Shown piece after piece: positions 17,946 through 26,983 of a DNA stretch of 28,961 nt. Source of the DNA: a candidate division WOR-3 bacterium (GTDB lineage Bacteria; Hydrothermota; Hydrothermia; Hydrothermales; Hydrothermaceae). Both the position numbers and the translations under genes were made by a program. Numbering within the stretch: the stretch's first letter is position 1; the number at the start of each line of letters is the position of its first letter. The stretch is taken from NCBI GenBank assembly GCA_039803745.1, contig JBDRZD010000020.1:1-28961 (forward strand), in the 5' to 3' direction. The notes below the pieces were generated by a model. That model saw only the letters and a list, made by a program, of their open reading frames with translations, ran no database searches and was not told where the DNA came from.

Positions 17946-19110
17946 CAAATATTTCCTCAAAGATCTTCAAACTTGCCTCTTTTTTTGAAATAGAAGGAAA
18001 TTCTTTAATTTCCCCGTCTTTCTTTAAAATCCATATTTTTGTAAAATCACTTCCTATGGATGATGGAGTATTTAAAACAATCATGTCAAGTTTTTTTTCA
18101 TATAATTTCTTTTTTGCATTCTCAAAAATATCTTTATCTTCAAGAGCAAAACCAACAAAAACCATTTTTTCGTCCTTATAATTAGAGATTTCTTTGAGTA
18201 TATCTATATTGGGTTTTAAAGAAATATTTCTTTCCCTTTCTTCTCTCTTAATCTTACTTTCTTCTTTTACTGAAGGAATAAAGTCACTCACTGCTGCATT
18301 CATTATGAATATATCAGGTTTAAAATTTAAAATTTCCTCCTTTATCTTTTCAAACATTTCATTAGCAGTTCTTACTTCTTTTAATCTTTTAAATTCAAAT
18401 TCAAAATCTGTTTTACCTTTTATTATTGATATTTCAAAACCCATTTTTAAAGCAGTATCAAATAAGGCTTTGCCCATTTTACCAGAACTTTTATTTGTTA
18501 TAACTCTCACACTATCAATATCTTCTTCGGTTCTTCCAAAAACAAGGAGTAATTTCTTATTTTTAAATTTTTCCCTTAACTTTAAAAATTCAAATACCTC
18601 TTTAAATACTTTTTCTGGCTCACTCATTCTTCCTTTACCAATCCTTAAATCTGAAAGTTCACCTTCCTCAGGGCCTATAAATATCACCCCCTTTCTTTTT
18701 AATTTTTTAACATTTTCTTCCACAATTTCACTTGTCCATAAATCTTCATGCATTGCAGGAGCAATAAAAACCTGAACTTTACTTGCCAAAAGAATAGTTG
18801 AGAGAAGATCATCAGCAACACCGTTTGCAAATTTCCCTATCATATTTGCAGTGCATGGTGCAACCACAATTGCGTCAACATCTTTAAGGATTTTTATATG
18901 AACTGGTTCTTTTTGACAAATATGGGGAGAAAAAAGCTCGTAATAAACTTCTTCATGGAAAAGGGATTCAAAAGAATCTTTACCAACAAAATTTAAAGCA
19001 TTCTTTGTTAAAACAGGCACAACTTTTATCCCATTTTTTATAAAAAGTCTGCCAATTTCTAAAGCCTTAAAGGCTGCAACAGAACCCGTAACACCAAGTA
19101 TTATTCTCAT
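17923..19110 (-). CDS. coaBC: Bifunctional phosphopantothenoylcysteine decarboxylase / phosphopantothenate--cysteine ligase
   Basis: GVTGSVAAFK, APCTANMIGK, APAMH, DSVRVITNKSSGKMG, AAVSDF, VGFALE. Confidence 0.94.
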   Translation of the reverse strand: MRIILGVTGSVAAFKALEIGRLFIKNGIKVVPVLTKNALNFVGKDSFESLFHEEVYYELFSPHICQKEPVHIKILKDVDAIVVAPCTANMIGKFANGVADDLLSTILLASKVQVFIAPAMHEDLWTSEIVEENVKKLKRKGVIFIGPEEGELSDLRIGKGRMSEPEKVFKEVFEFLKLREKFKNKKLLLVFGRTEEDIDSVRVITNKSSGKMGKALFDTALKMGFEISIIKGKTDFEFEFKRLKEVRTANEMFEKIKEEILNFKPDIFIMNAAVSDFIPSVKEESKIKREERERNISLKPNIDILKEISNYKDEKMVFVGFALEDKDIFENAKKKLYEKKLDMIVLNTPSSIGSDFTKIWILKKDGEIKEFPSISKKEASLKIFEEIFDAFKEIL

Positions 19111-19328
19111 CTTCCTTCTGTGACCCTTATTTTCTTATCCCTGTAATTCTTAACAGCATGAAGAACTGCTTTCTCCCCGGGAAATTCAACTTCTTCAATC
19201 TGGAGTTGAAGCAAAACTCTTCTCGCTTCTCTCATAAGAACAACAAGCCCTTTATATTTATTTGAATAAAGCCCCCATATGTCTTCTATTGAGTATTCTT
19301 TTAATGGTCTTAATTCTTTCTCCTTCAT
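19107..19328 (-). CDS. rpoZ: Probable RNA polymerase omega subunit (divergent)
   Basis: SIEDI...NKYKGLVVLMREARRV...KAVLHAV resembles the omega pattern (N(K/R)Y.LV...A.RAR..., K....A); 73 aa; conserved rpoZ-coaBC adjacency; SD AAGGAG. Confidence 0.62.
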   Translation of the reverse strand: MKEKELRPLKEYSIEDIWGLYSNKYKGLVVLMREARRVLLQLQIEEVEFPGEKAVLHAVKNYRDKKIRVTEGR

Positions 19329-19352
19329 ATTTTACTCCTTATTAAGTTTTTA

Positions 19353-19381
19353 ATTATAAAGAAAAAAGACTTATTCTTTAA
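19353..19381 (-). promoter_or_regulatory. Putative promoter of the rpoZ-coaBC...kdsB run
   Basis: TTAAAG (19381-19376), 17-nt spacer, TATAAT (19358-19353). Confidence 0.4.
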
Positions 19382-20376
19382 AATATCTTTGAAATATCAT
19401 CCTGACAGGGTAATATTTCAACTTTCCTATCTTTTTTTAATATATATCTTCCCTCATTTAAATTTTTAAAAATTCCAATTAAAGTTGATCCTATTCTCTT
19501 TTTTTTACAAAAAAGTTCAAAATTCTTTTCATATCCCTTTTTAATTGCCACAAGGAGAGAGCCAGAAGAAATTGTTTTTAATGGATCCATATTAAAATAT
19601 TCAAAAACTTTCTCAAATCCCTTCACAACAGGAATTTTATCTCCATAAACAATTATACCTTTATTTAAAAATTCACATAATTCCCATATTCCATTTATTA
19701 TTCCACCCTCTGTGGGATCATGCATTGCAAGTGTTCCTTTAAATCCAGAAATTAAAATTGCCTCTTTTACAATGCTTATCCCGGGTTTTATATTATATTT
19801 TAAAAATTTATTCAGCTTTTTCTCTCCTATTATATCTTTAACAATTTCTTTTTTTTCTTTTGCTATTATTGAAATACCTTCAATAGGGACTTCTTTTATA
19901 CAAAACAAAAAATCACCGGCATTAACCTTTTTGGGGAAAAGCCCTTTTTCTTTTTTCCTTATACCTATCATTGTTCCAGAAAGTATTATTTTTTTAAGAC
20001 CAGGGGTTATTTCAGTATGTCCACCAATAACTTGAATATCTAATTTTTTACAAACACCTTTAACTTCTTTAAATATCCTTTTTATATTCTCTTTATAAAA
20101 TCCTTCTGGTAAAAGAAGTGTAAAAAGAAAATAAAGGGGTTTTGCACCCATAACTGCAACATCATTTGCATTAACAATAACTCCATAATATCCTATTTCT
20201 TTTTCTGTAAATGTTATTGGATCCTGCGACACTATTAAATATAAATCTTTAAATTCAATAATCGCTGAATCACCTCCTATTTTTGGTCCTATTTTTATTT
20301 CTTTTTTTAAAGGAGGTAATAGATTTAAAAGTTCTTTGAGAAAATCAGGAGGTAATTTCCCTTCTTTTAATTCCAT
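19378..20376 (-). CDS. AIR synthase (PurM-like) family ATP-binding protein, HypE-like paralog without the C-terminal Cys
   Basis: GKLP, DPIT, NANDVAVMGAKP, GGHTEIT, AMHDPTEGG, ISSGSLL; no PRIC C-terminus. Confidence 0.85.
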   Translation of the reverse strand: MELKEGKLPPDFLKELLNLLPPLKKEIKIGPKIGGDSAIIEFKDLYLIVSQDPITFTEKEIGYYGVIVNANDVAVMGAKPLYFLFTLLLPEGFYKENIKRIFKEVKGVCKKLDIQVIGGHTEITPGLKKIILSGTMIGIRKKEKGLFPKKVNAGDFLFCIKEVPIEGISIIAKEKKEIVKDIIGEKKLNKFLKYNIKPGISIVKEAILISGFKGTLAMHDPTEGGIINGIWELCEFLNKGIIVYGDKIPVVKGFEKVFEYFNMDPLKTISSGSLLVAIKKGYEKNFELFCKKKRIGSTLIGIFKNLNEGRYILKKDRKVEILPCQDDISKIF

Positions 20377-21713
20377 CAGAAATAAAGTAAAAATTCATAG
20401 GGATGCGGTCTTTTCTCAACCTCTTCAGTCTCTTTTCTCTTTAAATTTATCCATTTATGAATCAATTCTTTATTAAACACTCCTCCTTTTAGAAGGAACT
20501 CGTTATCCCTTTCAAGTTCTATTAGGGCTTCTTCAAGAGAAATTGGAAGAGAAAGTAAAGGACTAATGGTTCTCTTTTCCAAATTTTCTGTTATTGGCTC
20601 ACCGGGTTCAATACCTTTTTCTATACCATCAATTCCAGCCATAATTATAGCAGCCATGCCTAAATAGGGATTAAATGTGGCATCAGGGGAACGTATCTCT
20701 ATTCTCATCTCTTTCTTACTTATATATCCAGGTATCCTTATCATGGTTGTCCTATTCGCTATTGAATAGGATATTTTACTTGGTGCCTCAAACCCTCCAA
20801 TTAATCTTTTATAGGAATTTGTGCTTGGATTTGTAAAAGCAGAAAGTGCCCTTGCGTGTTTTAGAATACCACCTATATAATGCTTTCCTTCTTTAGAAAG
20901 CCCCAAAGTGTCAGAAGGGTCAGAAAATATTGATTTTCCCTCTTTTTCAAGAAATTGATGAAGATGTAGTCCATTACCTGGTTCATTATGCAACGGCTTT
21001 GGCATAAATGTTATAAAAATTCCCTCTTTTTCGGCAAGTTTTTTTAAAATATACTTAACTATTAAAATATTATCAGCAGTATCAAGAGCATCTGAAAAAT
21101 CTATCTCTATTTCACCTTGGCAAAACCTGCCAACCTCGTGATGATGATATTTAACCCTAATTCCTGCTTTTTCTATATAGTGACATGCTTTCTCTCTGAA
21201 CTCATCAAATTTATCAAAAGGCGAAGTAATATGATAACCTCTATGAGAAAATTTTTCCCTTGCTTCTATTTTATAAAAACTTTCAAGTGTTTCACTTTTA
21301 TATTCAACTTTATCAAATATATAAAACTCTATCTCCGGGAGAAAATATGCATTATCCGCAATATTATTTTTCTTTAAATAATCAATTGCCTTTAATAAGA
21401 TATATCTTGGTGAGTCTTCAAAAACCCTTTCCTCTCTTCCAAGATATAAACAGCCAATTATACATAATTTTTTTCTTTCACTTAAAGGGTCTATAAAAAA
21501 TTTCTTTTCATCCATTATGAGTCTCATATCGCTTTCACTCACTTCTTTAAATCCCGGCACAGATGAACCATCAATACCTATTCCATCTTTCGCAAACTTA
21601 TCAAAGTAAGATACTGGAAACGAAACCTTTCTTGTTATCCCTAAAAGATCAGTATAAAGAACATCTACAAATTCAATTTTCTCTTTTTCAATTATTTCTC
21701 TTATTTTATTCAT
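20376..21713 (-). CDS. glnA: Glutamine synthetase type I
   Basis: DGSS, ESDM, HHHEVG, MPKP..GNGLHLH, NSYKRL..GFEAP, RIEIRSPD..NPYL, HPYEF. Confidence 0.95.
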   Translation of the reverse strand: MNKIREIIEKEKIEFVDVLYTDLLGITRKVSFPVSYFDKFAKDGIGIDGSSVPGFKEVSESDMRLIMDEKKFFIDPLSERKKLCIIGCLYLGREERVFEDSPRYILLKAIDYLKKNNIADNAYFLPEIEFYIFDKVEYKSETLESFYKIEAREKFSHRGYHITSPFDKFDEFREKACHYIEKAGIRVKYHHHEVGRFCQGEIEIDFSDALDTADNILIVKYILKKLAEKEGIFITFMPKPLHNEPGNGLHLHQFLEKEGKSIFSDPSDTLGLSKEGKHYIGGILKHARALSAFTNPSTNSYKRLIGGFEAPSKISYSIANRTTMIRIPGYISKKEMRIEIRSPDATFNPYLGMAAIIMAGIDGIEKGIEPGEPITENLEKRTISPLLSLPISLEEALIELERDNEFLLKGGVFNKELIHKWINLKRKETEEVEKRPHPYEFLLYF

Positions 21714-21717
21714 AATT

Positions 21718-21743
21718 GAGTTTTTAATTATAATTTAAAACTC
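21718..21743. promoter_or_regulatory. 26-bp near-perfect palindrome with TATAAT on both strands (bidirectional promoter or operator)
   Basis: GAGTTTT-T-AATTATAATT-T-AAAACTC in the 43-bp glnA/iorA divergent gap; the minus strand has TTGTCT (21755-21750) 17 nt from TATAAT. Confidence 0.65.
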
Positions 21744-21756
21744 CAAAGGAGACAAA

Positions 21757-23493
21757 ATGAAATTACTTTTATCAGGAAATGAAGCACTGGCAAGAGGTGC
21801 TTGGGAAGCAGGTTTAAAGGTTGCATGTGCCTATCCCGGAACACCCTCAACAGAGATTCTTGAAAACTTAGCAAAATATCCTGAAATAGATGCAGAATGG
21901 TCGCCAAATGAAAAAGTGGCTTTTGAAGTTGCCTTTGGTGCGGCAATAGCGGGTGCAAGAAGTATTGTTTCAATGAAGCATGTAGGATTAAATGTTGCTG
22001 CTGACCCATTTTTTTCATCTGCTTATACAGGTGTTAAAGGGGGTTTTGTAATTGTCACATGTGATGACCCTGGAATGCATTCTTCACAGAATGAACAGGA
22101 TAATAGAAGATATGCAAAATTCGCAAAAGTCCCACTTATAGAGCCCTCAGATGCTCAGGAAGCCCATGACTTTGTAAAGATTGCCTTTGAAATTTCAGAA
22201 GAATTTGAAATCCCTGTGCTTTTTAGAATGACAACAAGAATCTCTCATACAAAAGGAGTTGTTAAAGTTGGAGAAAGAGAAGAAGTTCCTTTAAAAAATT
22301 ATAGTAAAAATATTCAACAATTTGTAGTTCTACCTGCTCATGCAAAAATAAGGCATAGTATTCTTGAAGAAAAACTGTTAAAATTAAAAAGATTTTCTTC
22401 AGAAACATTTCTTAATAGAATTGAGAAAGGTAAAAATGAAGTTGGGATTGTAACATCTGGAATTTCTTATAATTATGCAAAAGAGGTCTTCCCTGATGCA
22501 TGGATTTTAAAACTGGGTATGCCTTTCCCTTTTCCTGAAGAACTTTTTAAGGAATTCATAAAAAATGTAAAAAAAGTTATAGTTGTGGAAGAAAATGAAC
22601 CTTTTATTGAAGAGGAAATAAAAATTTTGGGTTATAATGTGGAAGGCAAAAAATATATACCTTTATGTGATGAATTATCTCCTGAAATTGTGAGAAAATC
22701 ATTAAAAAATGAGGAACTTCCTCATCCAGAACCTTTAAAATCGGTAAGAAGACCACCTCAACTTTGTCCTGGTTGTCCCCACACAGGAGTATTTTATACA
22801 CTTTCAAAACTTAAAGCAGTAGTTACAGGTGATATAGGGTGTTATACACTTGGTGCATTACCTCCACATAATGCAATGGACACATGTATATGCATGGGTG
22901 CATCAATAGGTAATGCCTTTGGTTTTGAAAAGGCACTGGGCAAAAAATTTTCAAAGAGACTTGTCGCAGTTATCGGAGATTCAACATTTATCCATTCTGG
23001 TATAACAGGACTTATAGACATTGCTTATAATAAAGGAAGTGTAACAGTTATAATACTTGATAATAGAACAACTGCAATGACAGGACACCAAAACCATCCA
23101 GGAACAGGTATTACTGCAAAAGGAGAAAAGACAAAGGAAATTAATCTTGCTGAATTAGCAAGAGCATGTGGAATTGAAGAAGTTTATGAGATTAATCCAT
23201 ACGATTTAAAAAATACTTTAAAAACAATAAAGAATGCAATGGAAAGTGAAAAACCCGCGGTTGTTATCTCAAAAGCGCCATGTGCCCTTTTAAAAGAGGC
23301 AAGGGAAAGATTCAAAAGAGAAAAAAAGAGAAAAGTAATAGAAGAAAAATGTCTTGGTGAAAAATGTAAAGCATGTATAAGACTTGGATGCCCTGCAATT
23401 TCAATGGTAAATGGTAAGGCTTTTATATCTTCTCTTTTATGTGTAGGATGTGGGCTTTGTTCCGAGGTTTGTCCTGTGGAGGCAATAGAATGA
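21757..23493 (+). CDS. iorA: Indolepyruvate:ferredoxin oxidoreductase alpha subunit
   Basis: [59 protein letters not shown]-terminal ferredoxin [12 protein letters not shown]. Confidence 0.96.
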   Translation: MKLLLSGNEALARGAWEAGLKVACAYPGTPSTEILENLAKYPEIDAEWSPNEKVAFEVAFGAAIAGARSIVSMKHVGLNVAADPFFSSAYTGVKGGFVIVTCDDPGMHSSQNEQDNRRYAKFAKVPLIEPSDAQEAHDFVKIAFEISEEFEIPVLFRMTTRISHTKGVVKVGEREEVPLKNYSKNIQQFVVLPAHAKIRHSILEEKLLKLKRFSSETFLNRIEKGKNEVGIVTSGISYNYAKEVFPDAWILKLGMPFPFPEELFKEFIKNVKKVIVVEENEPFIEEEIKILGYNVEGKKYIPLCDELSPEIVRKSLKNEELPHPEPLKSVRRPPQLCPGCPHTGVFYTLSKLKAVVTGDIGCYTLGALPPHNAMDTCICMGASIGNAFGFEKALGKKFSKRLVAVIGDSTFIHSGITGLIDIAYNKGSVTVIILDNRTTAMTGHQNHPGTGITAKGEKTKEINLAELARACGIEEVYEINPYDLKNTLKTIKNAMESEKPAVVISKAPCALLKEARERFKREKKRKVIEEKCLGEKCKACIRLGCPAISMVNGKAFISSLLCVGCGLCSEVCPVEAIE

Positions 23494-24071
23494 AAGAATT
23501 TAATATTATTATATGTGGTGTAGGTGGACAGGGAATAATTTTAACCTCTGAAATACTTGCAATAGCAGGGATGGAATCAGGATTTGATGTTAAAAAAAGT
23601 GAAGTTCATGGAATGTCTCAAAGAGGTGGAAGTGTTGTATCCCATATAAGGATTGGCGAAAAAATTTATTCACCTTTAATTGAAAAGGGTAAATGTGATT
23701 TTCTTCTCTCCCTTGAAAAAGCAGAAACTTTAAGATGGGTTCACTATTTAAAAAAAGATGAACCTGTAATAATAGTTAATGACATTGAAATTTTGCCACC
23801 TCTTGTTTCCTTAGGACTTGACCAGTATCCTGAAAGAATAGAAGAAAATTTAAAAAATATAACAAAAAATCTATATATAATTCCTGCATTAAAAATTGCA
23901 GAAGAAATAGGAGAACCAAGAAGCGCAAATATTTTACTTTTAGGGTTTTTATCAAAGTTCCTTCCCTTTGAAGAAAAAATATGGGAGGAAGCGATTAAAA
24001 AAAATATACCCCAGAACTTAATTTATGTAAATCTTGAAGCATTTAAAAAAGGCAAAAATTTAATTCTTTAA
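23490..24071 (+). CDS. iorB: Indolepyruvate:ferredoxin oxidoreductase beta subunit
   Basis: [28 protein letters not shown]; true ATG 23490 forms an ATGA overlap with iorA. Confidence 0.95.
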   Translation: MKEFNIIICGVGGQGIILTSEILAIAGMESGFDVKKSEVHGMSQRGGSVVSHIRIGEKIYSPLIEKGKCDFLLSLEKAETLRWVHYLKKDEPVIIVNDIEILPPLVSLGLDQYPERIEENLKNITKNLYIIPALKIAEEIGEPRSANILLLGFLSKFLPFEEKIWEEAIKKNIPQNLIYVNLEAFKKGKNLIL

Positions 24072-25460
24072 ATTTAAATTAGAAGCATAAAAGAAATAAA
24101 GAGAACCTGTTGCAAAAATTAATAGCCATGGTAAAATTCCAAAACATTTTAATTTTATGGCGAGGGGAACAGCGAAAATCCAGTAAACAAAATTTAAAAG
24201 TTCAAGATAATTTTTACTTTTGATTAAATATTTTTTCTTTTGATTACCCTTTTTTGGTGTCCTTTCAAATGGTGTCTTTTTCTTAAAAATTGCCTCTAAT
24301 ACAGCAATTGTTCCCTTTATAGAAAAACCAGAAAATATAAAAATCAAATAAAGCATATCACTTATTCTTTCCTTTAAGGGTTTATTTTGATGAATTATTT
24401 CATCAACTGTGAACATATTATAAATATTGGCAAACCCAAAAAATAGAGCAAGTATTCCAAATAAAAGAGGAGAAAAATATGAAAGTGGCCAGAGGATTAA
24501 AAATAAAAGGAAATTTGCAACATATAAGAAAGGAGAAGAAAGATGCAAAAGTATATTTATTTTATCATCAAGTTTTATATTTGATTTTATTATACTTTTA
24601 AAAAGTTTTAAACAAACCTCAGCAGTCCCCTTTGTCCATCTAAACTGTTGATTTGCAAAAGAATTAAAATCAGAGGGAAGTTCTGAAAAACATATTAAAT
24701 CATTTAAAAATATAAATTTCCATCCCTTTAAATAAGCTCTTACTGATAAATCAAGATCCTCTGCAAGGGTATCACACTGCCAGTTTCCTGCATCTATTAT
24801 TGCTTCTTTTCTCCATATCCCTGCTGTCCCATTAAAATTGAAGAAATAACCATTTTTAAACTTGGAATCATGTTCAATTATAAAATGTGTATTAAGAGTA
24901 ATTGACTGGATTTTCGCTAATTTATTTTCTTTTTCATTTAAAAATCCCCATCTTGCCTGAACCAATCCAACATTTTTATCTTTAAAAAATGGTAATGTTT
25001 TGACAAGGAAATCAGGAGGAATTATAAAATCAGCATCAAATATAGCAATAAATTCACCCTTTGCATATTTTAAACCATTTTTTAAAGCACCAGCCTTATA
25101 ACCATTCCTTTTTTCTCTTCTTATAACTTCAATATTAAACCCTTCCTTTCTTTTTTCCTCAACAATCTCATCAATTAAATACTTCGTTTCATCGGTAGAA
25201 TCATCAAGTATTTGAATCTCAAATCTATCTTTTGGATAATTTAAATTTGTGGCACTTTTTATTATTCTTTCTATAACATTATATTCATTATAAACAGGAA
25301 TTTGAATTGTAACAAAAGGATAAAAATCTAAAGAATAAGAGGGAATTTCTCTTTTCCTGCCCTTTTTATAAAGATAAAGAAGCCATAATTTGTATGTCCC
25401 AAAAACTATAAAACACAAAACCAAAGGGACAAACAAAAAAATATAAAAAAGATAAAACAT
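24060..25460 (-). CDS. Processive GT2 glycosyltransferase, cellulose-synthase-like
   Basis: QIPVYNE, LDDSTD, YKAGAL, FDADF, FNGTAGIWR, AEDLD, QQFRW (D,D,D,QxxRW), RTPK; several TM helices. Confidence 0.9.
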   Translation of the reverse strand: MFYLFYIFLFVPLVLCFIVFGTYKLWLLYLYKKGRKREIPSYSLDFYPFVTIQIPVYNEYNVIERIIKSATNLNYPKDRFEIQILDDSTDETKYLIDEIVEEKRKEGFNIEVIRREKRNGYKAGALKNGLKYAKGEFIAIFDADFIIPPDFLVKTLPFFKDKNVGLVQARWGFLNEKENKLAKIQSITLNTHFIIEHDSKFKNGYFFNFNGTAGIWRKEAIIDAGNWQCDTLAEDLDLSVRAYLKGWKFIFLNDLICFSELPSDFNSFANQQFRWTKGTAEVCLKLFKSIIKSNIKLDDKINILLHLSSPFLYVANFLLFLILWPLSYFSPLLFGILALFFGFANIYNMFTVDEIIHQNKPLKERISDMLYLIFIFSGFSIKGTIAVLEAIFKKKTPFERTPKKGNQKKKYLIKSKNYLELLNFVYWIFAVPLAIKLKCFGILPWLLIFATGSLYFFYASNLNLKN

Positions 25461-25492
25461 TTTAATTTTCTTTTTAGGTTAGATAAAATATA

Positions 25493-25545
25493 ATTTTAAA
25501 TTAAACCTTACTTATTTTTCAAATAAAATAAACTTTCCTTATAAT
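25493..25545. promoter_or_regulatory. Divergent promoter region between the GT2 gene and pnt
   Basis: Minus strand: TTGAAA (25522-25517), 18 nt, TAAAAT (25498-25493). Plus strand: TATAAT at 25540-25545 before SD AGGAGG. Very AT-rich, so the evidence is weak. Confidence 0.35.
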
Positions 25546-25567
25546 TTATAACTTTTTAGGAGGGAAT

Positions 25568-26692
25568 ATGAAATTAGGTGTTTTAAAAGAAAAAATTGAA
25601 GGAGAAAAAAGAGTATCAATAATTCCTGATTCTGTTCCGATTCTCAAAAAGGCAGGGATAGAAGTATTTATAGAGGAAAATGCTGGGAATGACGCAGGAT
25701 TTTTTGATGAAATGTATAAAGAAAAGGGGGCAGAAATTTGCGAAAGAAAAAGGATTTATGATGAATGCGATGTAATAGTTTGTATAAGAAAACCACCTGA
25801 TTTAACCTTTTCAAGAGAAAAACAAATTCTCATAGGGATGATTGATCCCTTTACCCATTATGAGGAAATAAAAAGGATAACAAAAAAAGGTATTTTGATA
25901 TTTTCTCTTGAACTCCTTCCAAGAATTACAAGGGCACAAAATATGGATATCCTTTCCTCAATGGCAACAATTTCAGGTTATAAGGCTGTGCTTCTGGCTG
26001 CGCATTTCCTTCCAAAAATGTTTCCAATGCTTATGACAGCAGCAGGAACAATAACACCTGCAAGAGTATTTGTGATAGGGGCAGGGGTTGCGGGGCTCCA
26101 AGCAATCGCAACTGCAAAAAGACTTGGTGCAGTTGTTTACGCTTATGACATAAGACCCGCCGTTAAAGAAGAAGTTGAAAGTCTTGGAGCAAAATTTGTT
26201 GAAATTGGTCTTGAAACAAAAGAAGCAGAAGATAAAGGTGGTTATGCAAAAGAAATGGGTGAAGAATTTTATAGAAAACAAAGGGAGATGATGAAAAAAA
26301 TGGTTGTTGAAAGTGATGCGGTAATTTCAACAGCCCTTGTTCCAGGAAAAAAAGCCCCTGTTTTAATAACAGAAGATATGATAAAGGAGATGAAACAGGG
26401 CTCTGTAATTGTTGACCTTGCTTCTGAAAGAGGAGGAAACTGTGAATTAACCGAACCTGATAAAATTGTTAAAAAATACGATGTAACAATAATAGGATTA
26501 ACAAATTTGCCATCTTTAGTTCCTTACAACGCAAGTCAAATGTATTCAAAGAATATAACAAATTTCATTTTATATATTTTTAAAAAAGGTAAAATTGATT
26601 TAAACCTTGAAGACGAAATAATAAGGGATACACTTGTTTTAAAAGATGGTGAAATATTTAGTCCAAGATTTAAAGAGATAATGGGAATTTAG
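25568..26692 (+). CDS. pntAA: NAD(P) transhydrogenase alpha subunit part 1 (domain I)
   Basis: EKRVS, PRITRAQNMDILSS, GAGVAGLQAIATAKRLGA, GGYAK, GGNCE. Confidence 0.95.
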   Translation: MKLGVLKEKIEGEKRVSIIPDSVPILKKAGIEVFIEENAGNDAGFFDEMYKEKGAEICERKRIYDECDVIVCIRKPPDLTFSREKQILIGMIDPFTHYEEIKRITKKGILIFSLELLPRITRAQNMDILSSMATISGYKAVLLAAHFLPKMFPMLMTAAGTITPARVFVIGAGVAGLQAIATAKRLGAVVYAYDIRPAVKEEVESLGAKFVEIGLETKEAEDKGGYAKEMGEEFYRKQREMMKKMVVESDAVISTALVPGKKAPVLITEDMIKEMKQGSVIVDLASERGGNCELTEPDKIVKKYDVTIIGLTNLPSLVPYNASQMYSKNITNFILYIFKKGKIDLNLEDEIIRDTLVLKDGEIFSPRFKEIMGI

Positions 26693-26700
26693 GAGGCAAA

Positions 26701-26982
26701 ATGGAGAGTTTTGTTATAATATTAACAATATTTGTTCTGGCAATTTTTGTTGGTTTTGAAGTAATAACAAAGGTTCCTCCAATACTCCATACTCCGCTTA
26801 TGTCAGGTTCAAATGCAATTTCAGGGATAACAATAATAGGAGCAATAATTTCAGCAGGCTCAAAACAGACGCTTTTGACAACAATCCTTGCCTTTATAGC
26901 AGTTGTTTTTGCAACAATAAATGTTGTTGGTGGTTATCTTGTAACCCATAGAATGTTAGGTATGTTTAAAAGGAAGGAATAA
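26701..26982 (+). CDS. pntAB: NAD(P) transhydrogenase alpha subunit part 2 (membrane)
   Basis: VPPILHTPLMSGSNAISG, INVVGGYLVTHRMLGMF. Confidence 0.95.
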   Translation: MESFVIILTIFVLAIFVGFEVITKVPPILHTPLMSGSNAISGITIIGAIISAGSKQTLLTTILAFIAVVFATINVVGGYLVTHRMLGMFKRKE

Positions 26983-26983
26983 A

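Noticed and set aside
18194..18775. 193-aa plus-strand ORF and the many other antisense or nested ORFs in the track
   Set aside because: They are F/S/L/I-rich shadows of K/E-rich genes on the opposite strand, with no recognisable motifs.
23439..23489. Cys-rich N-terminal extension of iorB
   Set aside because: Alternate-frame reading of the iorA ferredoxin domain; ATGA coupling at 23490 marks the start.
25530..25556. Rex operator upstream of the transhydrogenase
   Set aside because: TTATAATTTATAA is palindromic but does not match TTGTGAA-N4-TTCACAA and is expected by chance in AT-rich DNA.
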